From Eledone cirrhosa (taxonomy: Eukaryota), in the NCBI GenBank assembly GCA_964016885.1, contig OZ024752.1:24490001-24554000 (forward strand): a stretch of 64,000 nucleotides of DNA, given 5' to 3'. The notes under the pieces are model-generated. The model saw nothing but the letters and a program-made list of their open reading frames with translations, was not told where the DNA came from and made no database searches. Positions 27,001 to 42,000 of this stretch are shown here, one piece after another. Position numbers and translations under genes: made by a program. Positions within the stretch are counted from its first letter, which is position 1. Every line of letters starts with the position of its first letter.

Positions 27001-30000
27001 CCAGTCCACGATAGCTGTTCCTTTTACCGAATTATTATTATTTTTATATGAGTCCCCAGTGTCCGCGCATTGCCTGGAGACTTGGCTGAGAATAGACCTC
27101 CCTGATGACGCAATGAAATTCTCAACAGTTCATTACGTAACTGTCTTTATCCCATTGCAGAAACTAATTAGATGGAGTGAAAATTTAAGTAAGTTAATTC
27201 TTTAAAATTTTTTTTTTAAATTTTCTTATATTACGTCTTTTATATTATTGTTCTGCATCCTCCTGCATTGTACCTCCTAGGTACTATGACATAACCTATG
27301 TATTTTCTGGCATTAGCGTACATCTGTGCCCTTATGTTAGTAAAATATATTAAATTATCTATATTTATCTCCAAATCACTGATTTGTCGAGCAAACCTGC
27401 CAAAACCACAACAAAATGTTTTTGGGGGTGTTAGTAGGCGTCTGTCATCTTACCATCCCATTCCTACTGACTAGCCTCAGTGTCACGTGATTGATTCTTT
27501 AGAATCGGCCATTTGACCAGTGGCAGTGAGAATTTTCAGTGCCTGGAATCCAGTCCACGATAGCTGTTCCTTTTACCGAATTATTATTATTTTTATATGA
27601 GTCCCCAGTGTCCGCGCATTGCCTGGAGACTTGGCTGAGAATAGACCTCCCTGATGACGCAATGAAATTCTCAACAGTTCATTACGTAACTGTCTTTATC
27701 CCATTGCAGAAACTAATTAGTTGGAGTGAAAATCTAAGTAAGTTAATTATTTAAAATTTTTTTTTATTAATTTTCTTATTTTACGTCTTTTATATTATTG
27801 TTCTTCATCCTCCTGCATTGAACCACCTAGGTACTATGAGATAACCTGTGTATTTGCTGGCATTAGCGTACATCTGTGCGCTTATGTTAGTAGATATATT
27901 AAATTATCTATACTTATCTCCAAATCACTGATTTGTCGAGCAAACCTGCCAAAACCACTAATAAATTTTTTGGGGGGTGTTTGTAGGCGTCTGTCATCTT
28001 ACCATCCCATTCCTACTGACTAGCCTCAGTGTCACGTGATTGATTCTTTAGAATCGGCCATTTGACCAGTGGCAGTGAGAATTTTCAGTGCCTGGAATCC
28101 AGTCCACGATAGCTGTTCCTTTTTCCGAATTATTATTATTTTTATATGAGTCCCCAGTGTCCGCGCATTGCCTGGAGACTTGGCTGAGAATAGACCTCCC
28201 TGATGACGCACTGAAATTCTCAACAGTTCATTACGTAACTGTCTTTATCCCATTGCAGAAACTAATTAGTTGGAGTAAAAATTTAAGTAAGTTAATTCTT
28301 TAAAATTTTTTTTTTTAATTTTCTTATTTTACGTCTTTTATATTATTGTTCTGCATCCTCATGCATTGAACCACCTAGGTACTATGACATAACCTGTGTA
28401 TTTGCTGGCATTAGCGTACATCTGTGCGCTTATGTTAGTAGATATATTAAATTATCTATATTTATCTCCAAATCACTGATTTGTCGAGCAAACCTGCCAA
28501 AACCACTACTAAATTTTTTGGGGGGTGTTAGTAGGCGTCTGTCATCTTACCATCCCATTCCTACTGACTAGCCTCAGTGTCACGTGATTGATTCTTTAGA
28601 ATCGGCCATTTGACCAGTGGCAGTGAGAATTTTCAGTGCCTGGAATCCAGTCCTCGATAGCTGTTCCTTTTACCGAATTATTATTATTTTTATATGAGTC
28701 CCCAGTGTCCGCGCATTGCCTGGAGACTTGGCTGAGAATAGACCTCCCTGATGAGGCAATGAAATTCTCAACAGTTCATTACGTAACTGTCTTTATCCCA
28801 TTGCAGAAACTAATTAGATGGAGTGAAAATTTAAGTAAGTTAATTCTTTAAAATTTTTTTTTTAAATTTTCTTATATTACGTCTTTTATATTATTGTTCT
28901 GCATCCTCCTGCATTGTACCTCCTAGGTACTATGACATAACCTATGTATTTTCTGGCATTAGCGTACATCTGTGCCCTTATGTTAGTAAAATATATTAAA
29001 TTATCTATATTTATCTCCAAATCACTGATTTGTCGAGCAAACCTGCCAAAACCACAACAAAATGTTTTTGGGGGTGTTAGTAGGCGTCTGTCATCTTACC
29101 ATCCCATTCCTACTGACTAGCCTCAGTGTCACGTGATTGATTCTTTAGAATCGGCCATTTGACCAGTGGCAGTGAGAATTTTCAGTGCCTGGAATCCAGT
29201 CCACGATAGCTGTTCCTTTTACCGAATTATTATTATTTTTATATGAGTCCCCAGTGTCCGCGCATTGCCTGGAGACTTGGCTGAGAATAGACCTCCCTGA
29301 TGACGCACTGAAATTCTCAACAGTTCATTACGTAACTGTCTTTATCCCATTGCAGAAACTAATTAGCTGGAGTAAAAATTTAAGTAAGTTAATTCTTTAA
29401 AATTTTTTTTTTAAATTTTCTTATTTTACGTCTTTTATATTATTGTTCTGCATCCTCATGCATTGAACCACCTAGGTACTATGACATAACCTGTGTATTT
29501 GCTGGCATTAGCGTACATCTGTGCGCTTATGTTAGTAGATATATTAAATTATCTATATTTATCTCCAAATCACTGATTTGTCGAGCAAACCTGCCAAAAC
29601 CACTACTAAATTTTTTGGGGGGTGTTAGTAGGCGTCTGTCATCTTACCATCCCATTCCTACTGACTAGCCTCAGTGTCACGTGATTGATTCTTTAGAATC
29701 GGCTATTTGACCAGTGGTCGTGAGAATTTTCAGTGCCTGGAATTCAGTCCTCGATAGCTGTTCCATTTACCGAATTATTATTATTTTTATATGAGTCCCC
29801 AGTGTCCGCACATTGCCTGGAGACTTGGCTGAGAATAAACCTCCGTGATGACGCACTGAAATTCTCAACAGTTCATTACGTAACTGTCTTTATCCCATTG
29901 CAGAAACTAATTAGTTGGAGTGAAAATTTAAGTAAGTAAGTTAATTTTTTAAAATTCTTTAAAAAAATTTTCTTATTTTACGTCTTTTATATTATTGTTC

Positions 30001-33000
30001 TGCATCCTCCTGCATTGAACCACCTAGGTACTATGACATAACCTGTGTATTTTCTGGCATTAGCGTACATCTGTGCGCTTATGTTAGTAGATATATTAAA
30101 TTATCTATATTTATCTCCAAATCACTGATTTGTCGAGCAAACCTGCCAAATCCACTACTAATTTTTTTTTTTGGGGGGGGGGGTGTTAGTAGGCGTCTGT
30201 CATCTTACCATCCCATTCCTACTGACTAGCCTCAGTGTCACGTGATTGATTCTTTAGAATCGGCCATTTGACCAGTGGCAGTGAGAATTTTCAGTGCCTG
30301 GAATCCAGTCCTCGATAGCTGTTCCTTTTACCGAATTATTATTATTTTTATATGAGTCCCCAGTGTCCGCGCATTGCCTGGAGACTTGGCTGAGAATAGA
30401 CCTCCCTGATGACGCAATGAAATTCTCAACAGTTCATTACGTAACTGTCTTTATCCCATTGCAGAAACTAATTAGTTGGAGTGAAAATCTAAGTAAGTTA
30501 ATTATTTAAAATTTTTTTTTATTAATTTTCTTATTTTACGTCTTTTATATTATTGTTCTTCATCCTCCTGCATTGAACCACCTAGGTACTATGAGATAAC
30601 CTGTGTATTTGCTGGCATTAGCGTACATCTGTGCGCTTATGTTAGTAGATATATTAAATTATCTATACTTATCTCCAAATCACTGATTTGTCGAGCAAAC
30701 CTGCCAAAACCACTACTAAATTTTTGGGGGGGTGTTAGTAGGCGTCTGTCATCTTACCATCCCATTCCTACTGACTAGCCTCAGTGTCACGTGATTGATT
30801 CTTTAGAATCGGCCATTTGACTAGTGGCAGTGAGAATTTTCAGTGTATGGAATCCAGTCCACGATAGCTGTTCCTTTTACCGAATTATTATTATTTTTAT
30901 ATGAGTCCCCAGTGTCCGCGCATTGCCTGGAGACTTGGCTGAGAATAGACCTCCCTGATGACGCAATGAAATTCTCAACAGTTCATTACGTAACTGTCTT
31001 TATCCCATTGCAGAAACTAATTAGATGGAGTGAAAATTTAAGTAAGTTAATTCTTTAAAATTTTTTTTTTAAATTTTCTTATATTACGTCTTTTATATTA
31101 TTGTTCTGCATCCTCCTGCATTGTACCTCCTAGGTACTATGACATAACCTATGTATTTTCTGGCATTAGCGTACATCTGTGCCCTTATGTTAGTAAAATA
31201 TATTAAATTATCTATATTTATCTCCAAATCACTGATTTGTCGAGCAAACCTGCCAAAACCACAACAAAATGTTTTTGGGGGTGTTAGTAGGCGTCTGTCA
31301 TCTTACCATCCCATTCCTACTGACTAGCCTCAGTGTCACGTGATTGATTCTTTAGAATCGGCCATTTGACCAGTGGCAGTGAGAATTTTCAGTGCCTGGA
31401 ATCCAGTCCACGATAGCTGTTCCTTTTACCGAATTATTATTATTTTTATATGAGTCCCCAGTGTCCGCGCATTGCCTGGAGACTTGGCTGAGAATAGACC
31501 TCCCTGATGACGCACTGAAATTCTCAACAGTTCATTACGTAACTGTCTTTATCCCATTGCAGAAACTAATTAGCTGGAGTAAAAATTTAAGTAAGTTAAT
31601 TCTTTAAAATTTTTTTTTTAAATTTTCTTATTTTACGTCTTTTATATTATTGTTCTGCATCCTCATGCATTGAACCACCTAGGTACTATGACATAACCTG
31701 TGTATTTGCTGGCATTAGCGTACATCTGTGCGCTTATGTTAGTAGATATATTAAATTATCTATATTTATCTCCAAATCACTGATTTGTCGAGCAAACCTG
31801 CCAAAACCACTACTAAATTTTTTGGGGGGTGTTAGTAGGCGTCTGTCATCTTACCATCCCATTCCTACTGACTAGCCTCAGTGTCACGTGATTGATTCTT
31901 TAGAATCGGCTATTTGACCAGTGGTCGTGAGAATTTTCAGTGCCTGGAATTCAGTCCTCGATAGCTGTTCCATTTACCGAATTATTATTATTTTTATATG
32001 AGTCCCCAGTGTCCGCACATTGCCTGGAGACTTGGCTGAGAATAAACCTCCCTGATGACGCACTGAAATTCTCAACAGTTCATTACGTAACTGTCTTTAT
32101 CCCATTGCAGAAACTAATTAGTTGGAGTGAAAATTTAAGTAAGTAAGTTAATTTTTTAAAATTCTTTAAAAAAATTTTCTTATTTTACGTCTTTTATATT
32201 ATTGTTCTGCATCCTCCTGCATTGAACCACCTAGGTACTATGACATAACCTGTGTATTTTCTGGCATTAGCGTACATCTGTGCGCTTATGTTAGTAGATA
32301 TATTAAATTATCTATATTTATCTCCAAATCACTGATTTGTCGAGCAAACCTGCCAAATCCACTACTAATTTTTTTTTTTGGGGGGGGGGGTGTTAGTAGG
32401 CGTCTGTCATCTTACCATCCCATTCCTACTGACTAGCCTCAGTGTCACGTGATTGATTCTTTAGAATCGGCCATTTGACCAGTGGCAGTGAGAATTTTCA
32501 GTGCCTGGAATACATTCCTCGATAGCTGTTCCTTTTACCGAATTATTATTATTTTTATATGATTCCCCAGTGTCCGCGCATTGCCTAGATACTTGGCTGA
32601 GAATAGACCTCCCTGATGACCCAATAAAATTCTCAACAGTTCATTACGTAACTGTCTTTATCCCATTGCAGAAACTAATTAGTTGGAGTGAAAATTTAAG
32701 TAAGTTAATTCTTTAAAAAATTTTTTAAAAATTTTCTTATTTTACGTCTTTTATATTATTGTTCTGCATCCTCCTGCATTGAACCACCTAGATACTATGA
32801 CATAACCTGTGTATTTGCTGGCATTAGCGTACATCTGTGCGCTTATGTTAGCAGATATATTAAATTATCTATATTTATCTCCAAATCACTGATTTGTCGA
32901 GCAAACCTGCCAAAACCACTACTAAATTTTTTGGGGGGTGTTAGTAGGCGTCTGTCATCTTACCATCCCATTCCTACTGACTAGCCTCAGTGTCACGTGA

Positions 33001-36000
33001 TTGATTCTTTAGAATCGGCCATTTGACCAGTGGCAGTGAGAATTTTCAGTGCCTGGAATCCAGTCCTCGATAGCTGTTCCTTTTACCGAATTATAATTAT
33101 TTTTATATGAGTCCCCAGTGTCCGCGCATTGCCTGGAGACTTGGCTGAGAATAGATTTCCCTGATGACGCAATGAAATTCTCAACAGTTCATTACGTAAC
33201 TGTCTTTACCCCATTGCAGAAACTAATTAGTTGGAGTGAAAATTTAAGTAAGTTAATTCTTTAAAATTTTTTTTTTTAATTTTCTTGTTTTACGTCTTTT
33301 ATATTATTGTTCTGCATCCTCCTGCATTGAACCACCTAGGTACTATGACATAACCTGTGTATTTTCTGGCATTAGCGTACATCTGTTCGCTTATGTTAGT
33401 AGATATATTAAATTATATATATTTATCTCCAAATCACTGATTTGTCGAGCAAACCTGCCAAATCCACTACTAAATTTTTTAGGGGGTGTTAGTAGGCGTC
33501 TGTCATCTTACCATCCCATTCCTACTGACTAACCTCAGTGTCACGTGATTGATTCTTTAGAATTGGCCATTTGACCAGTGGCAGTGAGAATTTTCAGTGC
33601 CTGGAATCCAGTCCTCGATAGCTGTTCCATTTACCGAATTATTATTATTTTTATATGAGTCCCCAGTGTCCGCGCATTTCCTGGAGACTTGGCTGAGAAT
33701 AGACCTCCCTGATGACGCACTGAAATTCTCAACAGTTCATTACGTAACTGTCTTTATCCCATTGCAGAAACTAATTAGATGGAGTGAAAATTTAAGTAAG
33801 TTAATTCTTAAAAAATTTTTTTTTTTAATTTTCTTATATTACGTCTTTTATATTATTGTTCTGCATCCTCCTGCATTGTACCTCCTAGGTACTATGACAT
33901 AACCTATGTATTTTCTGGCATTAGCGTACATCTGTGCCCTTATGTTAGTAAAATATATTAAATTATCTATATTTATCTCCAAATCACTGATTTGTCGAGC
34001 AAACCTGCCAAAACCACAACAAAATGTTTTTGGGGGTGTTAGTAGGCGTCTGTCATCTTACCATCCCATTCCTACTGACTAGCCTCAGTGTCACGTGATT
34101 GATTCTTTAGAATCGGCCATTTGACCAGTGGCAGTGAGAATTTTCAGTGCCTGGAATCCAGTCCACGATAGCTGTTCCTTTTACCGAATTATTATTATTT
34201 TTATATGAGTCCCCAGTGTCCGCGCATTGCCTGGAGACTTGGCTGAGAATAGACCTCCCTGATGACGCACTGAAATTCTCAACAGTTCATTACGTAACTG
34301 TCTTTATCCCATTGCAGAAACTAATTAGTTGGAGTAAAAATTTTAGTAAGTTAATTCTTTAAAATTTTTTTTTTAAATTTTCTTATTTTACGTCTTTTAT
34401 ATTATTGTTCTGCATCCTCATGCATTGAACCACCTAGGTACTATGACATAACCTGTGTATTTGCTGGCATTAGCGTACATCTGTGCGCTTATGTTAGTAG
34501 ATATATTAAATTATCTATATTTATCTCCAAATCACTGATTTGTCGAGCAAACCTGCCAAAACCACTACTAAATTTTTTGGGGGGTGTTAGTAGGCGTCTG
34601 TCATCTTACCATCCCATTCCTACTGACTAGCCTCAGTGTCACGTGATTGATTCTTTAGAATCGGCTATTTGACCAGTGGTCGTGAGAATTTTCAGTGCCT
34701 GGAATTCAGTCCTCGATAGCTGTTCCATTTACCGAATTATTATTATTTTTATATGAGTCCCCAGTGTCCGCACATTGCCTGGAGACTTGGCTGAGAATAA
34801 ACCTCCCTGATGACGCACTGAAATTCTCAACAGTTCATTACGTAACTGTCTTTATCCCATTGCAGAAACTAATTAGTTGGAGTGAAAATTTAAGTAAGTA
34901 AGTTAATTTTTTAAAATTCTTTAAAAAAATTTTCTTATTTTACGTCTTTTATATTATTGTTCTGCATCCTCCTGCATTGAACCACCTAGGTACTATGACA
35001 TAACCTGTGTATTTTCTGGCATTAGCGTACATCTGTGCGCTTATGTTAGTAGATATATTAAATTATCTATATTTATCTCCAAATCACTGATTTGTCGAGC
35101 AAACCTGCCAAATCCACTACTAATTTTTTTTTTTGGGGGGGGGGGTGTTAGTAGGCGTCTGTCATCTTACCATCCCATTCCTACTGACTAGCCTCAGTGT
35201 CACGTGATTGATTCTTTAGAATCGGCCATTTGACCAGTGGCAGTGAGAATTTTCAGTGCCTGGAATCCAGTCCTCGATAGCTGTTCCTTTTACCGAATTA
35301 TTATTATTTTTATATGAGTCCCCAGTGTCCGCGCATTGCCTGGAGACTTGGCTGAGAATAGATTTCCCTGATGACGCAATGAAATTCTCAACAGTTCATT
35401 ACGTAACTGTCTTTACCCCATTGCAGAAACTAATTAGTTGGAGTGAAAATTTAAGTAAGTTAATTCTTTAAAATTTTTTTTTTTAATTTTCTTGTTTTAC
35501 GTCTTTTATATTATTGTTCTGCATCCTCCTGCATTGAACCACCTAGGTACTATGACATAACCTGTGTATTTTCTGGCATTAGCGTACATCTGTTCGCTTA
35601 TGTTAGTAGATATATTAAATTATATATATTTATCTCCAAATCACTGATTTGTCGAGCAAACCTGCCAAATCCACTACTAAATTTTTTAGGGGGTGTTAGT
35701 AGGCGTCTGTCATCTTACCATCCCATTCCTACTGACTAACCTCAGTGTCACGTGATTGATTCTTTAGAATTGGCCATTTGACCAGTGGCAGTGAGAATTT
35801 TCAGTGCCTGGAATCCAGTCCTCGATAGCTGTTCCATTTACCGAATTATTATTATTTTTATATGAGTCCCCAGTGTCCGCGCATTTCCTGGAGACTTGGC
35901 TGAGAATAGACCTCCCTGATGACGCACTGAAATTCTCAACAGTTCATTACGTAACTGTCTTTATCCCATTGCAGAAACTAATTAGATGGAGTGAAAATTT

Positions 36001-39000
36001 AAGTAAGTTAATTCTTAAAAATTTTTTTTTTTTAATTTTCTTATATTACGTCTTTTATATTATTGTTCTGCATCCTCCTGCATTGTACCTCCTAGGTACT
36101 ATGACATAACCTATGTATTTTCTGGCATTAGCGTACATCTGTGCCCTTATGTTAGTAAAATATATTAAATTATCTATATTTATCTCCAAATCACTGATTT
36201 GTCGAGCAAACCTGCCAAAACCACAACAAAATGTTTTTGGGGGTGTTAGTAGGCGTCTGTCATCTTACCATCCCATTCCTACTGACTAGCCTCAGTGTCA
36301 CGTGATTGATTCTTTAGAATCGGCCATTTGACCAGTGGCAGTGAGAATTTTCAGTGCCTGGAATCCAGTCCACGATAGCTGTTCCTTTTACCGAATTATT
36401 ATTATTTTTATATGAGTCCCCAGTGTCCGCGCATTGCCTGGAGACTTGGCTGAGAATAGACCTCCCTGATGACGCACTGAAATTCTCAACAGTTCATTAC
36501 GTAACTGTCTTTATCCCATTGCAGAAACTAATTAGTTGGAGTAAAAATTTTAGTAAGTTAATTCTTTAAAATTTTTTTTTAAATTTTCTTATTTTACGTC
36601 TTTTATATTATTGTTCTGCATCCTCATGCATTGAACCACCTAGGTACTATGACATAACCTGTGTATTTGCTGGCATTAGCGTACATCTGTGCGCTTATGT
36701 TAGTAGATATATTAAATTATCTATATTTATCTCCAAATCACTGATTTGTCGAGCAAACCTGCCAAAACCACTACTAAATTTTTTGGGGGGTGTTAGTAGG
36801 CGTCTGTCATCTTACCATCCCATTCCTACTGACTAGCCTCAGTGTCACGTGATTGATTCTTTAGAATCGGCTATTTGACCAGTGGTCGTGAGAATTTTCA
36901 GTGCCTGGAATTCAGTCCTCGATAGCTGTTCCATTTACCGAATTATTATTATTTTTATATGAGTCCCCAGTGTCCGCACATTGCCTGGAGACTTGGCTGA
37001 GAATAAACCTCCCTGATGACGCACTGAAATTCTCAACAGTTCATTACGTAACTGTCTTTATCCCATTGCAGAAACTAATTAGTTGGAGTGAAAATTTAAG
37101 TAAGTAAGTTAATTTTTTAAAATTCTTTAAAAAAATTTTCTTATTTTACGTCTTTTATATTATTGTTCTGCATCCTCCTGCATTGAACCACCTAGGTACT
37201 ATGACATAACCTGTGTATTTTCTGGCATTAGCGTACATCTGTGCGCTTATGTTAGCAGATATATTAAATTATCTATATTTATCTCCAAATCACTGATTTA
37301 TCGAGCAAACCTGCCAAAACCACTACTAAATTTTTTGGGGGGTGTTAGTAGGCGTCTGTCATCTTACCATCCCATTCCTACTGACTAGCCTCAGTGTCAC
37401 GTGATTGATTCTTTAGAATCGGCCATTTGACCAGTGGCAGTGAGAATTTTCAGTGCCTGGAATCCAGTCCTCGATAGCTGTTCCTTTTACCGAATTATAA
37501 TTATTTTTATATGAGTCCCCAGTGTCCGCGCATTGCCTGGAGACTTGGCTGAGAATAGATTTCCCTGATGACGCAATGAAATTCTCAACAGTTCATTACG
37601 TAACTGTCTTTACCCCATTGCAGAAACTAATTAGTTGGAGTGAAAATTTAAGTAAGTTAATTCTTTAAAATTTTTTTTTTTAATTTTCTTGTTTTACGTC
37701 TTTTATATTATTGTTCTGCATCCTCCTGCATTGAACCACCTAGGTACTATGACATAACCTGTGTATTTTCTGGCATTAGCGTACATCTGTTCGCTTATGT
37801 TAGTAGATATATTAAATTATATATATTTATCTCCAAATCACTGATTTGTCGAGCAAACCTGCCAAATCCACTACTAAATTTTTTAGGGGGTGTTAGTAGG
37901 CGTCTGTCATCTTACCATCCCATTCCTACTGACTAACCTCAGTGTCACGTGATTGATTCTTTAGAATTGGCCATTTGACCAGTGGCAGTGAGAATTTTCA
38001 GTGCCTGGAATCCAGTCCTCGATAGCTGTTCCATTTACCGAATTATTATTATTTTTATATGAGTCCCTAGTGTCCGCGCATTTCCTGGAGACTTGGCTGA
38101 GAATAGACCTCCCTGATGACGCACTGAAATTCTCAACAGTTCATTACGTAACTGTCTTTATCCCATTGCAGAAACTAATTAGATGGAGTGAAAATTTAAG
38201 TAAGTTAATTCTTAAAAATTTTTTTTTTTTAATTTTCTTATATTACGTCTTTTATATTATTGTTCTGCATCCTCCTGCATTGTACCTCCTAGGTACTATG
38301 ACATAACCTATGTATTTTCTGGCATTAGCGTACATCTGTGCCCTTATGTTAGTAAAATATATTAAATTATCTATATTTATCTCCAAATCACTGATTTGTC
38401 GAGCAAACCTGCCAAAACCACAACAAAATGTTTTTGGGGGTGTTAGTAGGCGTCTGTCATCTTACCATCCCATTCCTACTGACTAGCCTCAGTGTCACGT
38501 GATTGATTCTTTAGAATCGGCCATTTGACCAGTGGCAGTGAGAATTTTCAGTGCCTGGAATCCAGTCCACGATAGCTGTTCCTTTTACCGAATTATTATT
38601 ATTTTTATATGAGTCCCCAGTGTCCGCGCATTGCCTGGAGACTTGGCTGAGAATAGACCTCCCTGATGACGCACTGAAATTCTCAACAGTTCATTACGTA
38701 ACTGTCTTTATCCCATTGCAGAAACTAATTAGTTGGAGTAAAAATTTTAGTAAGTTAATTCTTTAAAATTTTTTTTTTAAATTTTCTTATTTTACGTCTT
38801 TTATATTATTGTTCTGCATCCTCATGCATTGAACCACCTAGGTACTATGACATAACCTGTGTATTTGCTGGCATTAGCGTACATCTGTGCGCTTATGTTA
38901 GTAGATATATTAAATTATCTATATTTATCTCCAAATCACTGATTTGTCGAGCAAACCTGCCAAAACCACTACTAAATTTTTTGGGGGGTGTTAGTAGGCG

Positions 39001-42000
39001 TCTGTCATCTTACCATCCCATTCCTACTGACTAGCCTCAGTGTCACGTGATTGATTCTTTAGAATCGGCTATTTGACCAGTGGTCGTGAGAATTTTCAGT
39101 GCCTGGAATTCAGTCCTCGATAGCTGTTCCATTTACCGAATTATTATTATTTTTATATGAGTCCCCAGTGTCCGCACATTGCCTGGAGACTTGGCTGAGA
39201 ATAAACCTCCCTGATGACGCACTGAAATTCTCAACAGTTCATTACGTAACTGTCTTTATCCCATTGCAGAAACTAATTAGTTGGAGTGAAAATTTAAGTA
39301 AGTAAGTTAATTTTTTAAAATTCTTTAAAAAAATTTTCTTATTTTACGTCTTTTATATTATTGTTCTGCATCCTCCTGCATTGAACCACCTAGGTACTAT
39401 GACATAACCTGTGTATTTTCTGGCATTAGCGTACATCTGTGCGCTTATGTTAGTAGATATATTAAATTATCTATATTTATCTCCAAATCACTGATTTGTC
39501 GAGCAAACCTGCCAAATCCACTACTAATTTTTTTTTGGGGGGGGGGGTGTTAGTAGGCGTCTGTCATCTTACCATCCCATTCCTACTGACTAGCCTCAGT
39601 GTCACGTGATTGATTCTTTAGAATCGGCCATTTGACTAGTGGCAGTGAGAATTTTCAGTGTATGGAATCCAGTCCACGATAGCTGTTCCTTTTACCGAAT
39701 TATTATTATTTTTATATGAGTCCCCAGTGTCCGCGCATTGCCTGGAGACTTGGCTGAGAATAGACCTCCCTGATGACGCAATGAAATTCTCAACAGTTCA
39801 TTACGTAACTGTCGTTATCCCATTGCAGAAACTAATTAGATGGAGTGAAAATTTAAGTAAGTTAATTCTTTAAAATTTTTTTTTTTAATTTTCTTATATT
39901 ACGTCTTTTATATTATTGTTCTGCATCCTCCTGCATTGTACCTCCTAGGTACTATGACATAACCTATGTATTTTCTGGCATTAGCGTACATCTGTGCCCT
40001 TATGTTAGTAAAATATATTAAATTATCTATATTTATCTCCAAATCACTGATTTGTCGAGCAAACCTGCCAAAACCACAACAAAATGTTTTTGGGGGTGTT
40101 AGTAGGCGTCTGTCATCTTACCATCCCATTCCTACTGACTAGCCTCAGTGTCACGTGATTGATTCTTTAGAATCGGCCATTTGACCAGTGGCAGTGAGAA
40201 TTTTCAGTGCCTGGAATCCAGTCCACGATAGCTGTTCCTTTTACCGAATTATTATTATTTTTATATGAGTCCCCAGTGTCCGCGCATTGCCTGGAGACTT
40301 GGCTGAGAATAGACCTCCCTGATGACGCACTGAAATTCTCAACAGTTCATTACGTAACTGTCTTTATCCCATTGCAGAAACTAATTAGCTGGAGTAAAAA
40401 TTTAAGTAAGTTAATTCTTTAAAATTTTTTTTTTAAATTTTCTTATTTTACGTCTTTTATATTATTGTTCTGCATCCTCATGCATTGAACCACCTAGGTA
40501 CTATGACATAACCTGTGTATTTGCTGGCATTAGCGTACATCTGTGCGCTTATGTTAGTAGATATATTAAATTATCTATATTTATCTCCAAATCACTGATT
40601 TGTCGAGCAAACCTGCCAAAACCACTACTAAATTTTTTGGGGGGTGTTAGTAGGCGTCTGTCATCTTACCATCCCATTCCTACTGACTAGCCTCAGTGTC
40701 ACGTGATTGATTCTTTAGAATCGGCTCTTTGACCAGTGGTCGTGAGAATTTTCAGTGCCTGGAATTCAGTCCTCGATAGCTGTTCCATTTACCGAATTAT
40801 TATTATTTTTATATGAGTCCCCAGTGTCCGCACATTGCCTGGAGACTTGGCTGAGAATAAACCTCCCTGATGACGCACTGAAATTCTCAACAGTTCATTA
40901 CGTAACTGTCTTTATCCCATTGCAGAAACTAATTAGTTGGAGTGAAAATTTAAGTAAGTAAGTTAATTTTTTAAAATTCTTTAAAAAAATTTTCTTATTT
41001 TACGTCTTTTATATTATTGTTCTGCATCCTCCTGCATTGAACCACCTAGGTACTATGACATAACCTGTGTATTTGCTGGCATTAGCGTACATCTGTGCGC
41101 TTATGTTAGTAGATATATTAAATTATCTATATTTATCTCCAAATCACTGATTTGTCGAGCAAACCTGCCAAAACCACTAATAAATTTTTTGGGGGGTGTT
41201 TGTAGGCGTCTGTCATCTTACCATCCAATTCCTATTGACTAGCCTCAGTGTCACGTGATTGATTCTTTAGAATTGGCCATTTGACCAGTGGCAGTGAGAA
41301 TTTTCAGTGCCTGGAATACATTCCTCGATAGCTGTTCCTTTTACCGAATTATTATTATTTTTATATGATTCCCCAGTGTCCGCGCATTGCCTAGATACTT
41401 GGCTGAGAATAGACCTCCCTGATGACCCAATAAAATTCTCAACAGTTCATTACGTAACTGTCTTTATCCCATTGCAGAAACTAATTAGTTGGAGTGAAAA
41501 TTTAAGTAAGTTAATTCTTTAAAAAATTTTTTAAAAATTTTCTTATTTTACGTCTTTTATATTATTGTTCTGCATCCTCCTGCATTGAACCACCTAGATA
41601 CTATGACATAACCTGTGTATTTGCTGGCATTAGCGTACATCTGTGCGCTTATGTTAGCAGATATATTAAATTATCTATATTTATCTCCAAATCACTGATT
41701 TGTCGAGCAAACCTGCCAAAACCACTACTAAATTTTTTGGGGGGTGTTAGTAGGCGTCTGTCATCTTACCATCCCATTCCTACTGACTAGCCTCAGTGTC
41801 ACGTGATTGATTCTTTAGAATCGGCCATTTGACCAGTGGCAGTGAGAATTTTCAGTGCCTGGAATCCAGTCCTCGATAGCTGTTCCTTTTACCGAATTAT
41901 AATTATTTTTATATGAGTCCCCAGTGTCCGCGCATTGCCTGGAGACTTGGCTGAGAATAGATTTCCCTGATGACGCAATGAAATTCTCAACAGTTCATTA

